A stretch of 64,000 nt of DNA, taken from the NCBI RefSeq assembly GCF_009914755.1, contig NC_060942.1, one strand, 5' to 3'. Below are positions 49,226-62,533 of this stretch, one piece after another; the first letter of the stretch is position 1, and each line of letters opens with the position of its first letter. The DNA is from the human T2T-CHM13v2.0 reference genome, Homo sapiens. A program made the position numbers and the translations under genes. The notes under the pieces are model-generated. The model searched no databases. It was not told the DNA's origin and was given only the letters and a program-made list of their open reading frames with translations.

Positions 49226-51379
49226 ACACAACACCATCCAAGTAAGAAAGAGTTCACTGTTTATAGCAAGTCTGCTTGGACTGAAGGCCACTCATTACAT
49301 GTAAGAAACTCACAAACTCACCCTCCTAAAAGAGAGTCCCAGAGGGAGAGATTATATGTAAATCACCTAGCTACTGCACCAGCATTTCTTCTGGAAGTTA
49401 TGTCATTGAACCCAAGGAGCCCTAGCCTGGGAATTAAGGATGGAAGCTAGACATTTACAGGGAAAATTCACAATATAGCCAGTCTCTAGGGATAGCATAT
49501 ATTTTAGCAATATTATATCTGACTCAAATAAAACAATACCTTTCAAGGGCATGGTGTCACTTCTTCAAATTGTTGGATAGAAATGATCCATGTTTAAGAA
49601 GCTGTAAAATGGCAACTACAGACCATAACTTTAAAAACCTGTTTTGCAGGATTGTAACAAAAAAACACTGTGCACAATATTGGAAGTGTGGAGGAGAGAG
49701 GGTGCTAACATGAACATAAAGCAGACAGCAGGCACCACAGAAGCTCAGGAAGGGAAATCCTTGAGGACTGAAGAGGAGCCACCCCTATAGGCTGGAGGTC
49801 ATGGGCACCCCCAGGGCACATACCCCACTAGTTGGTCCTAAAACACAGACTGTACTTGGAAAAGTAGAAAGGAGGGAACTATGTCAAAGTGACATGTCAT
49901 CTGGGTAGAGAGGTGAGCAGAAGGAAATAGCAAGTTTAATGACAGAATGGACCAACCCTTGAGACTGCATTACAAAACAGCCTGTCCCACTTACTACCCA
50001 AGACAAAAGAAGAAACATTAAAGAAAACTTTCATTTGAGTTCTGTTTAATAAGTACAGAGAACATACAAATTCAGCTTCTCTGATTGTTTTTGATAAGTC
50101 CCCACTATTGGTTCTAGATTTCTGGGAAGAGATGGGCATCTGTTGTTCTCATCAGAAGAATCCATGCACTTTTCCTAAATGCATGAAACCTCATCACCAG
50201 TGCTTGGTTGAGAAGATGGAGTACTAGATGGTTCATTACTGAACAAAGACAGGAAGAGAGTAAAGGGGCCAACGGCAGAATTTACATTTTCAAATATTTG
50301 GAGGACCATACTCCCTGAACAAGAATGAAGTTATAGTGGAGGATGGAAGAGAAGACATTGACGCCAGAGTTCCATATTTATTGGCATAAAGAAATGATTA
50401 CAATATATTATTAAATTTTAAATTACCTTATAAAACAGTATATACTATATGTTTTCATTCTTTGCAGAAATAAAAGTCTACTTATTACATGAATAAATAC
50501 TGTTATGTTTTTTAAGTCTAAATCCATCAAGCCAGGAAACTGTGGAGAGTCTGTGGAAGACTTGCCTATGACTGAAATTGGCGATGGCTAAGCAGAGGAA
50601 GTTGGTCTTCATGCAAAATGATTTGAGAGGCATGGACCTCTCTGAGCAGAAGCAAATTGGCAGGGCACAGGGTGGACCATCTATGCCACTCACTCTTTAG
50701 GGATTCTACAGTGAGCACAGGGAAAGCCTTAAGGAAGAAATCTAGCCCATCACTTGATTCCCTGTTGTCAAATATCTGTGATATGGACAGCAAGTAGCTC
50801 CTAGGACCCCCATTTAGAGTCAGAGGCCTCTCCAGCCTGACCAGTCTTACAATAGCATAAATCATATTTTTATGTACATTTCAGCCTCACTGATGGAGTC
50901 TAGTCTTTGACAAGAGTCCAGAGGGAAAGAAAGACAGAAGTGCGTGAGTTTGATCCTCGAAGCCAAGTTACCTCCTGGGGCACCTGGAAGTCTCCTTCTG
51001 TGACTCCCCTGGGGTGGCTGAGTTCAGATCTTAGCAGTGGGAAGACCTGCTGTTGTAGTCTGATCCAGTAAAGGTCTGTAGTTGAGGAACAGAAAGAACC
51101 TGGTTCCCTTTGCTCCTGAAGTTGTTTTAGTCCTTCCCTAAGGAATCAGAGGCATTCCTTGGCCCAGTGATGTTTAAGGCTTTATGGAAACTCAATAATA
51201 TGCCCTAACTGACTGTGCTGTCTCTTGATCCTCATTCATAGGTTTCACACTCAGCCTCCATTCTCAGAACACTCAGATGTTAAGCAACTCAGGTCTGGGG
51301 TGGGTCTTTCTTGGCAACTTCCTTTTTCTTCAAATGTTTAATCAATTCATGAGAGTATAGTTATAACTTTGGGAAAGGT

Positions 51380-51535
51380 CTTAGAAGTCCATTGCTAAAG
51401 CATGGTCATTTTGCCAGATGGGAAAATAATCTTTGAGAGTTAGGTAGCTTTCCCCAAATCACATAGTTGGTTAGTAGCAATGCTGGAACAAAAAACAAGT
51501 TTCCAAATCACTAACCCAGTGTTCTTTCTTACTAC
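51380..51535 (-). mobile_element. MIR
   Basis: cattttgccagatgggaaaa...cccaaatcacatagttggttagtagc. Confidence 0.7.
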
Positions 51536-51768
51536 AGCTTCCTTTTAGTAGTTATATTTGTTGGACATTTGCTAAGAATGGTTAGAGAAAAGTATAATAC
51601 ATATCCCATATGCTCATGGCTATAAATCAAGTTGAATAAAGAAAATATACACAAGGGAAATGAGAGGGATCTTGTAATAACTCACGTAGCACTAACTAAA
51701 GATTTCAGAAAAGGGAGAGATCTGTGTGGATTGGGATAATTGGACTGGCTCTTTCTGTGGAAGGGAAG

Positions 51769-51997
51769 TTATTTTATTTTATTTTATTTTATTTTATTAT
51801 TTTATTTTATTTTATTTTTTGAGATAGAGTCTCGCTCTATTTCCCAGGCTGGAGTGCAGTGGTGTGATCTCAGCTCAGTGCAAGCTCCACCTCCTGTGTT
51901 CACACCATTCTCCTGCCTCAACCTCCTGAGTAGCTGGGACTACAGGCACCCACCACCATGCCTGGCTAATTGTTTTTTGTATTTTTAGTAGAGATGG
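51769..51997 (-). mobile_element. AluY-type right arm plus linker, most of left arm missing
   Basis: (TTTTA)n tail; gcaagctcc and ttcacaccattc; similarity ends after tagtagagatgg. Confidence 0.9.
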
Positions 51998-52571
51998 AAA
52001 ACCAGACAGAGAAAGAGAGAGCTTGCAGAGATGGTGGCCTTCACATGGTGGGAAGAAGGGAGTCTGCTCACTTCCCATAAAGACTAGGAGATCTGTGGAT
52101 CCATGGAGCTGATGACTGGAATGGACACCCAGGGAGACCTTTTAGCCTTTGCCCAATGTGAGTTCTAGTTTAGTGAGACTCCCCTGGTTGGGTGCTGATG
52201 ACTTTTTAGAGGAGAAGGAAATGTGCAAAGATGAAGTTCAGGATCCAGGCATGAGATAAGAAGTATTGGATCTTATATAATCTACTTTAGATCATTTACC
52301 TTTTATTTGGAAACAATCATAGAATGTCTCATTTGGAGTGGTAATTACACAAGGTTTAATGCTGATTAGGTAGAGGGAATAGTTCTCTATATGGTATTCT
52401 TTCTGCTACAGCCTAAGTGACCATTAGACTCTCTTCTCAAGGGATTTCTGGAGTCAGTTTTGAAAGAATTAAGATGTTATATTTTAAAAATATATTACAC
52501 GTCTAGCAAGTGGATGAGTGTGTTGTGCGTGGTCTGTGTGTCTGTGTGTGTGTACATTGTCTGATTAATGA

Positions 52572-52757
52572 ATGAATCCTGGCCCCTCACTACCTAGTTA
52601 ATTTACTAAACCTCTCTATGCCTCAGTTTCTTTCCCATGAAATAAAGATAGTGACACTTACCTGGCAGGATTATCAAAAGAAGTAAATATTATTTTTTAA
52701 AAAAACTACTTTGTGCAGTGCCTAGCATATGGTATGCACCCAAATAATGTTAGTTCT
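52572..52757 (+). mobile_element. MIR
   Basis: aacctctctatgcctcagtttc...cagtgcctagcatatggta...aatgttag. Confidence 0.85.
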
Positions 52758-54354
52758 CTTTCCTCTTTTCTATTGACAGTCACCTAGCAAAGAATAGCAC
52801 TTTAGGGGACACTGGGCAGGGGGACACAGAAAGCTGGACGTTAGGGCACCACCTCAGCCTGAAGGGACAGCTCAGTTAGAAACTGGAGGTCATGGGCACA
52901 ATAATGTGTGTGCAATGTGCTTCAGGCACAGGAAACAAGCAGTGCCCACAGGTCAGTGAATACGGTCAGAGCTTTGGTCCATATGACCATTTCACTCCTC
53001 TTTGCAGAGAACTGGGCTTTGCAAGGGGCCCATGGTAGCCAATAGGAGGTGACAATCCATCCACTAAAATGAAGGAAGTGGGAAGTGTGACGATGAGGAG
53101 AGGAAGAAACAAACTTCCCTGATTAGAACCCTTGGCCTTTGGAGGGTTCTTGTGCTTCCAACAGTCTCTTTTGTTAGGTGATTTGACAATGGAAGGCAGT
53201 ACAATGGCAGAACTGAGTACACACAACCCCTGGTTTATGTAGTCAAAGAGGGAGATGAAAACTGAGCGCAGGGCTTCACTGTTGAATATCATTCCCCCAG
53301 CAAGACAATGCCTCGTTTGAATATTTGTTCTTAGTCACTATTTGTTTTTATTCTGAGCAGCCATTAACCTCCTACTATTTTTCCATCTTTTATAATAAAA
53401 ATAGCAGTGTTGGAAAGGATAACAACACTCCCAGCACGGAACCCTCCCCGTACAGTGTTCTGCATGACAATGAAGGAATGAAAATGACAGACACTCCTGT
53501 GCAGAATGATAAGGCCACAGGGGCAGGCGGGACCCAGGTGACCGAATAAAGCTTCTGGTATAGGTTTTGGGAAATCGCCATTATGAAACCATCCTCCAAA
53601 GAACGAAGCTACAAAAATATTAGGTGATTAATTAACAATTGGGCAGGAATACTTCAGTCCCTAATAAGCTCCTTGCCCATGATACACAAATTACTGCAAC
53701 CCAGGGAGTCCCCTGGGGATGTGCATCCTAACACAGGAGGCCAGGAGTTCTGACCACAGTGCTAGAAAATACCCAGAGTGATCTAGGGGAGACAGAGCCC
53801 AAGAGAAGTCACCAACTGCAATTTCTCTGCAGCAGCCTCACACCCAGCCACTAATTTTCCACCCTGATTTCGGCTTTGTGAGTAGACTTTGATATGTTCA
53901 TGATTCCTGCACAGACCTGGACCGCATCAACCCAGCATTTGAGTCTTCCCAGTACAGGGTCTTGTGGATGCCAGGATAGTCTAGTAGACATGTGATCCTA
54001 AGATAGGATTTGATGGCCACATAGACATAGCCTCAGTCACCAAGGACTTACTGCCTGACCCTGAGTCATTAAATCTAACCTTAGGGGCAAGAGTTTGTCT
54101 GGGATTTTGATTTCCATGTATTAGCAAATCCTTTTGTACATTTTTTGTGCAATAAATAAATAGGTAAATGAGAGCCCAAAGGCCTATTTTGCCACCACAG
54201 ATTTGCTAACTGTTTTCTACTCTTTCTGTCCTCCTCTAAATTCTCCTCATCCTTCCCTCACTCTCTGTAGATGAACTCCATCAACTTTTCTCTTTCACTT
54301 CCCCAAAACAATTATCTACCTCCTCTGAACTATAACCTTCTCAATATGGATTAG

Positions 54355-54500
54355 ATAGACATAGGTTTGAGTCCTGACCCCAACATTTACTACCAAGGGA
54401 CTGCAGGCAGGATCCTTTTCCTAACTAAGCCTCAGTTTTCCCATGCATACAGTGGAGAATATAGTACCCCCTCAACATGCTGTTGTGAAGGTTAAATGCA
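54355..54500 (+). mobile_element. MIR
   Basis: ggtttgagtcctgacccc...ctaagcctcagttttc...gctgttgtgaaggttaaatg. Confidence 0.8.
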
Positions 54501-56889
54501 ACAAATATTATTTTATAATTAATATTGTATTCCCAACATTGTTAACCAAATAACATGAGCTTTTCTTTGAATGCAATCTCAGCTTGCCTACGTCCACTCT
54601 TCCCTTATCTTCCTAGGCCTTCTTCTATGATGGATATAAAAAGCCTTAGTCATACGTGAGAGGTATCTCAAAGGCATTCAACTTTCTCCAATCCTCCAGA
54701 TGGACATGCTTTCTTTATTTCTGAAACACCAGGGGACTCCACACTATTCTTGTGACACTTACCTTATTCTATCACACTTCTCCGCCTTGTACCTGCTACT
54801 GGGTTAAAAAGATCTAGAAAACTGGAAATAGGTAACACAATATCCAGCCATGATATGACATCAATAAGTTTGTTTTGATCTGCATTATCTTAAAGCTTCC
54901 TGATTATTTGGGGCTACAATGACATTTAACTTAATTGGATTCAAACTAAGAGGATGTGAATGTTGCTTAAGATCAGGGCATTTAAGCACTCATTATTGAT
55001 GAGACCAAGGCTAGGGAATGGGTATGGAGATCCTGAGTGGACACTGAGGATGACAATAGTTTTAAAAAGAAAAGAAAGTGTGGCTTTTCCTCTCCTGGAA
55101 GGGGGAAGATGGATGGTGGCCACATAGACACAGGAAGGGCCAGTGTTAGTCTGGTCAACTTCTCACTGCCTTCAGTTCATCCCATGCTCATAATACTTAC
55201 TCAGGGCTCCTGTGTCTTCCCTCAATGGCAGATAGTCTTTTACACCTAATATAACTTCATCCCCATCTCTGAGGGTTCTTCTGGGTTTAGGAGACCATTC
55301 CCTCGACTCCTTATTTCTCCCATCTCTGAATCACAGGGAACCCTATGGTCTGAACATCCCCCTACCCTTAACTGTAGATTGTTCCATATTGTTCTGTCTC
55401 TAAAGCATGAACCCTCAGAGGCAGACACCATATTTTCCCTTCCTTTGCTTGATTCATGGCCAGCCACAAAGCCGGTCCTTAAGAAATACTTGTTCCAAGA
55501 CTGATGGGTTGAGAGTCCCACTTACAAATGGAGGTTATCCTCAATGATATAAGACACTGTCAGTCTGATGACTCTGAGATGTCAACAATAAAAACTGTTA
55601 ACAAGTAAAGGGAAAAGCTGTAAGACCTATTTTATATTTTGTGCACTAAAAAGGCTGGCAGTTTAACTCAATTTCATCAGGAAATTTTGCAGAGCTTTGT
55701 TGTTGTTGTTGTTTGCATGATTTTAAATAAGCTCCATCCATTAAACTGTTATGCACATGTGGATAGCACCAGTGGATTTCCTGCACAGAACCAAGAGCAG
55801 GGAAAACCTAAGCGCCACAGCAGTCCTTGGAATCCCTGAATTGTTAGCAGGTTTACTAACTGGCAGCCTGAAGGCAATCTATTTTATTAAGAGATTGAAA
55901 AATAGTTTAAAAAACCAGCACGTGAAGATTTCAATCAGAAATAGATGGGCACTTTTTAAACTGCAATTGGTTTCTAAAGAATGGGCAAGATAAGAATTGA
56001 TAGAGGTGAATAGCTATCAAAACGTGGGGTGAAAAAATGAAGCAAATTGCCACCTACTTGAAGTGAATAGCTCTTGTAATGTAATGGGTTTTAAACTTTA
56101 AAATTGTTTTGTTCTCTGACATACATAACCATGGAAGGCTGGATTGAGAGTGTTTATTGGTTTTTTCCAATGGAAGGTTGCCTGTTTGGTATTTGAATAA
56201 TAATCTCTATATAAAAATATGGTAATGTAATTATGCTAACTAGTATTTTCTATAATTCAAGACTCTGTTTATAATAATGTATCATATTTTGCAGTCAGGT
56301 AGGAATCCATTTGTCCCCTCCACCTGGGCCTGGAGATAGGAAGAGAAACTTTAATATACAGTTCTCTGCAATCAGGTCCTCTCTGGAGTTAGTTTCCCAG
56401 AAGATGATACAATAAATCTTACCAGAAATACCTTCATTTACCACATGCTGCCAAGTGGAGATGAAGCTGATTCTTCAAAATTTCGCAGATAAAGTTGCTT
56501 TGATCAAACTCACAGATGGAAACATGCTAGCAGGAAGATATTAGCCCAACTCAAAGGCAAAGGAAATGAGAGAGGAGCTTAAATTACTTTGGGGAAAAGG
56601 AATAGAATAGGTCAATTACATTTATTATTACACAGTGTGTTATTGAGAAATCTGTGCATGAAAAATGAGTATTTCATCAGCTAGTATTATAATATCACAC
56701 ACACCAAAATTTTAAGTTGCAGGATGGCTCTATACTAGATTGAGTTCTCTTTTAAATTGGCATGGTACTAAGACAATTTTGGCAAGACTGTTGTTCTTAT
56801 TTTTACACTAAGAATAATAGCACTGATGGAGTCCCTTTAACCTCCCAGCTGAAGAGTTTGCCTTTGGCTGGGACATAAACTCCAAAAAT

Positions 56890-57530
56890 ACTGATTAATA
56901 GAGAAAGAGCAATCCACTGGATAGTGCCTAGTGGCTTGTCCCAGGACTCTATATCAACCTGTTCTGGTCAAGAGCCTTAATAACTAGGGTGAAGATACAA
57001 AAAGCAGAGTATACAAAACCACAGTTTAAGTAAAGTGGTAAATATATAGGAAGGTATGTTGCAATCCAAACTGGTTTCCATGGCTAGCAAAAGTGGGCCT
57101 GATTTAACCTATTAAAATGTACATGGATAAATATAAATTCCTATATTTAGGTTTCTCAAAAACTCACAATCAAAGAGCACAGGACAGGGAAGATGTGACT
57201 AAACAGCAGCATATGACATGCCAGAGGAGCTTTAAAAGCTTTGGAGCTCTATTACTATTAATAGAGCCCCAAAGACCATGACCAGACAGAGGGAGGTGAT
57301 ACTGAACGTAACACACTTCGAGTTTTGTGTTACATTTGGGGGTACCACCTTTTAATAAAGAAGTTGATAAATTGGAGTAAAATGTCCAGAATGGTGAATG
57401 AGCAGTGACTGAAAAAAATTACGTTGTTTATGTTAAAAAGAACAGTCTGTTTTCAAATATGTTAGAGGCAATCAGGTCAATGTGCAAATGGACTTATTCT
57501 GGGTGATTCCAGAAAGCAGATGCAGTTCCA
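56890..57530 (+). mobile_element. L3/CR1 LINE relic (RT region)
   Basis: ctagtggcttgtcccaggactct, ggataaatataaattcctatatttaggtt, ttttgtgttacatttggg..accacctttt, tgataaattggag, ctgttttcaaatat. Confidence 0.7.
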
Positions 57531-58929
57531 GTAACAGCATGGATCTATAGACCACCTTCTCTGTCCTTTGATGACCCCCAAGTTTGTATTTCTTAACTAG
57601 GGCAACAGTAATGGTAATTTATCCACAGAGGGAAGAGCTGGAAAGGAGGGAATTTAGAGAAAACCCAAGAACACTGCAGGTCAATCTTTACAGGAACAGA
57701 GACCAAACCCTTTCAAACAGTCTTCATTCCCTTTCCCTCTATCACTTCTTTCTTCTCTCATATCTCCTCTCCCTACAATTTTTTTCTCCTCATAAACGAG
57801 TCTTGAAAACAGTGAACTGACCAGGAAAAGTATGTTGATTCAAACCTCTTACAGCATCCTGGTTACCTTTCTATTTTTGTTCCATCACAGTGACAGGCGA
57901 TTTGAGGTGATGATAAATCCACGCATTTAAAGCCTTGATTGCCTGAATAAATAGATTGGATAGCTTCAGTAATTGGATAATTAAAGCAGAAGCTGAGAAA
58001 GGATGGCTGGAGATTTCTTTCTTTTTTTTTTAAGCCGAAACCAAAGCTGTGGGAGTAGAAAAGGTTAAAACCAAAAAACAATGCATATTCACATCAAAAG
58101 GCGGGTGCAAGGGAAAGGGGATAGAATTCCACTGAACTGAGATTCAAATGTCAAAGGAAGACACATTTGAACTTTGTCTCCCAAAGCATGTTGGTCCTCC
58201 GCTCAGGATTCTAGGTTGGGCCACACAGGAGACCAGAGACTGGAGCCCCTCTTCTGAATAAGCGCTCTTCCCACTGCCTGGCCCACCCCACTTCCCACAC
58301 ACACAGGCACGTATAGATGTACGCGCTAATGGACGCACGCATGAGTGCGCATCCCTCTGCTTTGCCCTTTATTTTCATCTTTCCATTTCTCTCCGATTTT
58401 TATTGCCCTTTCAACATAGTGCTTGAAGCCTGTGGTTGGACTCCCAAATCTGTAAAAAGCTACCAGAGAGGGAATTCACTAAGGCACTCCTCCTGTCTGT
58501 ACACCCAAGGGAGCAGGAAAGAAAGCAGGGCCAAGGTGCAGGCACATCCTTGTTTCCAGATGGTGGAAACCAGCCTCATAGAGAGTCATGCACCCAGGAC
58601 CCCACTGCCAGACAAGGAAGTTAAGCTGTTTTCTCTGCTTGTGGAGAGTCAGATGAGCCTCTCTCCTGGAGCCAGGCATGCCCAACCAGCACCAGATCAC
58701 TGCACAGAGCCCCACCTCCTTCAAGCCTCGCATCTGGGAGTGGCCCATCCGCTCCAGCTGCTAGCCACCCTCATGTCATGCGGTCTATCATCCCCATGCA
58801 CACCAGCCTGCACTGGAGGTGGTTAAGTGGTGGCCATGCAAGAACTCGGTCACCGCCCTCCAGCCGCACCAGCAGTTGTTGTGTTGTGTGCTTACTATGC
58901 ACTGCCTAAGCTCCAATCTCAGCAGGCAG

Positions 58930-59120
58930 TTGTGTTGAGTGCTCACTATGTCGGACGCTGTGCTAAGCACATCCTCGATGTCTTGGCCCTCAAAAATCAC
59001 TTGTTGTTTCCCATTTTGTTGATAAGAAAATTGAAACCTGAAGAGGATAATTAACTTCTTGGCAGATAATAACTCCAAGTATGAGGATTCATATTCATAC
59101 TGAGCAAAATACATGCTCTT
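58930..59120 (-). mobile_element. MIR
   Basis: ttgagtgctcactatgtc..gctgtgctaagcac...cccattttgttgataagaaaattga. Confidence 0.75.
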
Positions 59121-60224
59121 AATGTATGCGATACCCTGCTGTCTTCCAAAGGCCTAGAAATCTTGGGTTATAAATATACTTACCCCCTTGACTTCCTATT
59201 GCCCTTCTATCTACAGTCATACATCCAACAAAACATTTATTAGGCCCTTACTATATATGAGGGTCTGTGCTTGGACTGAAACTGTGGAAGGGAACATCAG
59301 AATGGTGATCTCAACGACATGGAGAGGCAAAAATAAAGACTTTCAGTAAGTATACAATGTAGTAAGTTCTTAACTATGGTAGGTACTCAGCGAATATTTG
59401 TTGGATTTGATTGATTAAATTATTTTAATTAAACCTCCACAAATCATTCCCCTGAGAGCAGGCAGCCATTCAGCATCTCTCTGCATGACTGGTTGAGGCA
59501 GGATGAGGGGGTAGGGTGGGATTGGAGTAAGGAAGTCTCTTCTATTCCTATTGCAACCACAAGCTGGCCTGAAAAATACAAAGAAATATTTTTTATTCCA
59601 CAGCTAGCAGAATTTACCTCCTGTTATCTGTATCTACACATACAAACTAGTTCGAGAGGGTTCAGGGGAAAGTTAAAGAAAGGCTCAGTGTGTGTTTGGG
59701 TGTTCATACATGTGTGTGTGCAAGAGAAAGAGCAAAAGTGAGAGCAAAAGAGAGAGAGAAGGAGAGAGATCTTTGTTTAAGACTGTGTTTAAGATGATTT
59801 ATAATAGCCAAAGCAACTGTTTAAAACAAACCTATCCCGCTAGAGGCTAAACAATTCCATTTCTACTCAAACAAACTGTGAATGAATTGTGTCCCTCAGA
59901 AAGGAAACCAGGAATAAAAATATCCTAATGATCTAGCAAGAAAGTTGAAATTAAAGCCTTATCTATATCTATGATAGGAAAATGGACAGGAATACTGGCC
60001 ATCTTCCTGTCATTTAAGAATTCCTGTCCATATAAGAATTCGTCAAGGAGCTGTGGGGGACATACATGTAGTTCATTATTCCCCGTATCAGGCATTAGGC
60101 ACTTTCTGAACAATATCTCCTTTAATTTTCCCAGTGATTCTCTGTACCTCCAATGTTACCTAGGGCCTATAACCTGTCAAGAGTAAGAGAAGACAGTGGC
60201 AGCCCTGGTATTAAAACCCAGACA

Positions 60225-60511
60225 GGCTAGACATGATAGATTATGCCTGTAATCCCAGAACTTTGGGAGTTCCAAGAAGGGAGGATCACTTGAGGGCCGG
60301 AGTTGGAGACCAGCCTAGGCAATATGGCCAGGTGCCATCTCTATAAAAATAAAAATTAAAAAATTAGCTGGGCATGGTGCACACCTAGCTACTTGGGAGG
60401 CTGAGGAGGGAGGATTGCTTGAGCCCAGAAGTTTGAGGTTACAGTGAACTATGGAGGCACCACTGTACTCCAGCCTGGGCAACAGAGCAAGACTCTATCT
60501 CTTAAAAAAAA
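60225..60511 (+). mobile_element. AluJ
   Basis: ggaggatcacttgag / ggaggattgcttgagcccag J diagnostics; degenerate TSD aaaacccagaca / aaaatgccaggca. Confidence 0.9.
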
Positions 60512-60694
60512 TGCCAGGCAAAGTTGCCTGGTTTGCTTGTCAGATTTCACCATGTTGTTAACTTAGATACTAACCTGGTTACTAAAGGATTAGCTAAGGC
60601 ATTTGGCTCTCAGAGAAGTGTTCAGTAAAAAAACTCTACTGATTCTCATGCTATGTATATATTCTGATTTTTTTTTGTTTTCTTTTTGAAAAAC

Positions 60695-60860
60695 TGTCAA
60701 TGAACAGCTATTTATTGCACATCTACAATATGTTTGGCACCATGGTAGGTGTTGAGGATTCATGGATGAACACAACCAACCTGTTTCTTGCTCTTATGAT
60801 GCTCACAGTCTAGTGAGGAAGAAATGCCAATGAAATAATTACATATAATTAGCTAAATAA
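60695..60860 (-). mobile_element. L2 3' end
   Basis: tatttattgcacatctacaatatg..tggcacc...gctcacagtctagtgagg. Confidence 0.75.
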
Positions 60861-61849
60861 TTATACACTGGTCTCTGCTCTGCTGCACTAAGGAAAAACA
60901 CGAAAAAGAGTTTTGCCCACATTTGGTGGAGAGTTTGGAAGGGAATGGCACCACATCCACATCAGCACAGTGTTGGGGGTGAGGGAGACACAGGAATCCC
61001 AGTTTGCAAGAACCCAACAGAGAAGAGACCACTCCAGGGAAAGACTTGACACCAGTTGGCCTTTTACACCTGGAAAGTCTTCCCTCAGGCTCTACCCTGC
61101 ACAGAGCAATCCTTGGAGACTCTATGCTTTTTTTCTCATAAGTAAGACCATTTCCTTACAGGAGAGTAATTCAGCATTGGAAAGCTAGTTGCAGTGCCCT
61201 GTGACTGTTTTAACTGAGTGTTTCCCTTTTGCATGAATTGCTCTGGCATTATTTAAGCCCAGTCATAATATTGTGGTTCACCGGAAGCTAAAAAGAGGCC
61301 TGTGTAGGTTGATCAAATCATGATCTAATGAAAATGGATGGCTGGCTCTTCCAAAGGAGTATGAATATGGGCCACCTCTGGGCAACTTAGCCCTAGAACC
61401 TTGCTATGCAAACACTGTTTCAGAGAAATCATTTTTCAAGTTTTTTTTTTTTTTTAATTTTCTTCATGACATCTGGACTAAATCCAGCAGTGTTGCTCTG
61501 TGACTTTTTCCAACATATACAGAGAACCCCATGTGGCTGTCCTCTAACACTCCATTCTCCACTACCCCCACCTCAGCCAGGTTTGTCAACAGACACTTAC
61601 TCCAAGACCATAGAGATGAGAAGTTGGGTAGTCTGGGTTTCCTTTCACTCCTCACCAGCAGAGCTGTTCCAGCTTGTTGGAAATCAGAACGTGTCTCTGG
61701 GTGCCAGACCACATGTCCACATCAGCAGTTTAGTGGAAGGTGAACCCAGTAAGCCTAGGCAGGGGGAGGCAAACCTACCAGAGGACATGGGCTGAAGACT
61801 ACAGCTTTAAAAGTGTGTTCCTGACTTAGTAGACAGAATTCCAAGAATG

Positions 61850-62020
61850 AGACATTCCTAACTGGAGTCCTGGCACTATCACTTACAAGGTACATGACGT
61901 TTGGAAAACTGATCTCTCTCAAAGCTTCCATTTTCTCATCTGTAATGAGGGGAGTAATAGAACTTACATAAAAAATAAAGCACTTGGAGCAACCCAGAAC
62001 ACAGAGACATTATGCAATAA
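61850..62020 (+). mobile_element. MIR
   Basis: gagtcctggcactatcacttac...ttttctcatctgtaatgaggg. Confidence 0.7.
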
Positions 62021-62519
62021 AGGGAAACGGCTGTTGCTATTGTCACTTAAGTCATAGGTGAGAACCTACCAGGAATTGAGACACTTTGAGTCCTTAGGTC
62101 TCAGTCCAGCATTGCTCTAGGACTCAAATGCCGGGAGAATAAAAAGACAATAAACAGCATCCTCCCTGAGGATCATCCAGGCTGCCGTGTTCGTGCTTCA
62201 TTGTGTTTTGATCTGCCATTGACTGACTTCTCTATTTCTGGTCTCCTATTTTTGCCCAATCTCTGGAGCTGAACTGTGGATTTGAAACCATCTGACTGCT
62301 TCTGCCTGCTCCCAACTGTCCCTTCCCTCGGACAGCCATGCCCTCTCTTTTTCCACTTTGGCTGTCTTTGACTGCATTCTACTTATGCCAATGTTCCAAC
62401 CTCACTGCTCAGAAAAATAACAAGGTGCCTTTTTAAAATGTAGTTTTACATAATTTTTCAGCTTGGGAAATGCTAAGAAATGGCTCTTTCAAGCAGAGAT
62501 TCCAAGGATAAGTCTACAT

Positions 62520-62533
62520 GTGCCCTCTTGTGG
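62520..62533 (-). promoter_or_regulatory. CTCF core motif candidate
   Basis: Minus strand CCACAAGAGGGCAC, one mismatch to consensus. Confidence 0.45.

Noticed and set aside
52656-52669. acttacctggcagg match to the U1 snRNA 5' end
   Set aside because: Only 14 nt, lies in the tacctacc region of a MIR, and similarity does not continue
58317-58826. 169-aa ORF
   Set aside because: No recognisable domain, starts in a low-complexity tract, no supporting exon structure seen
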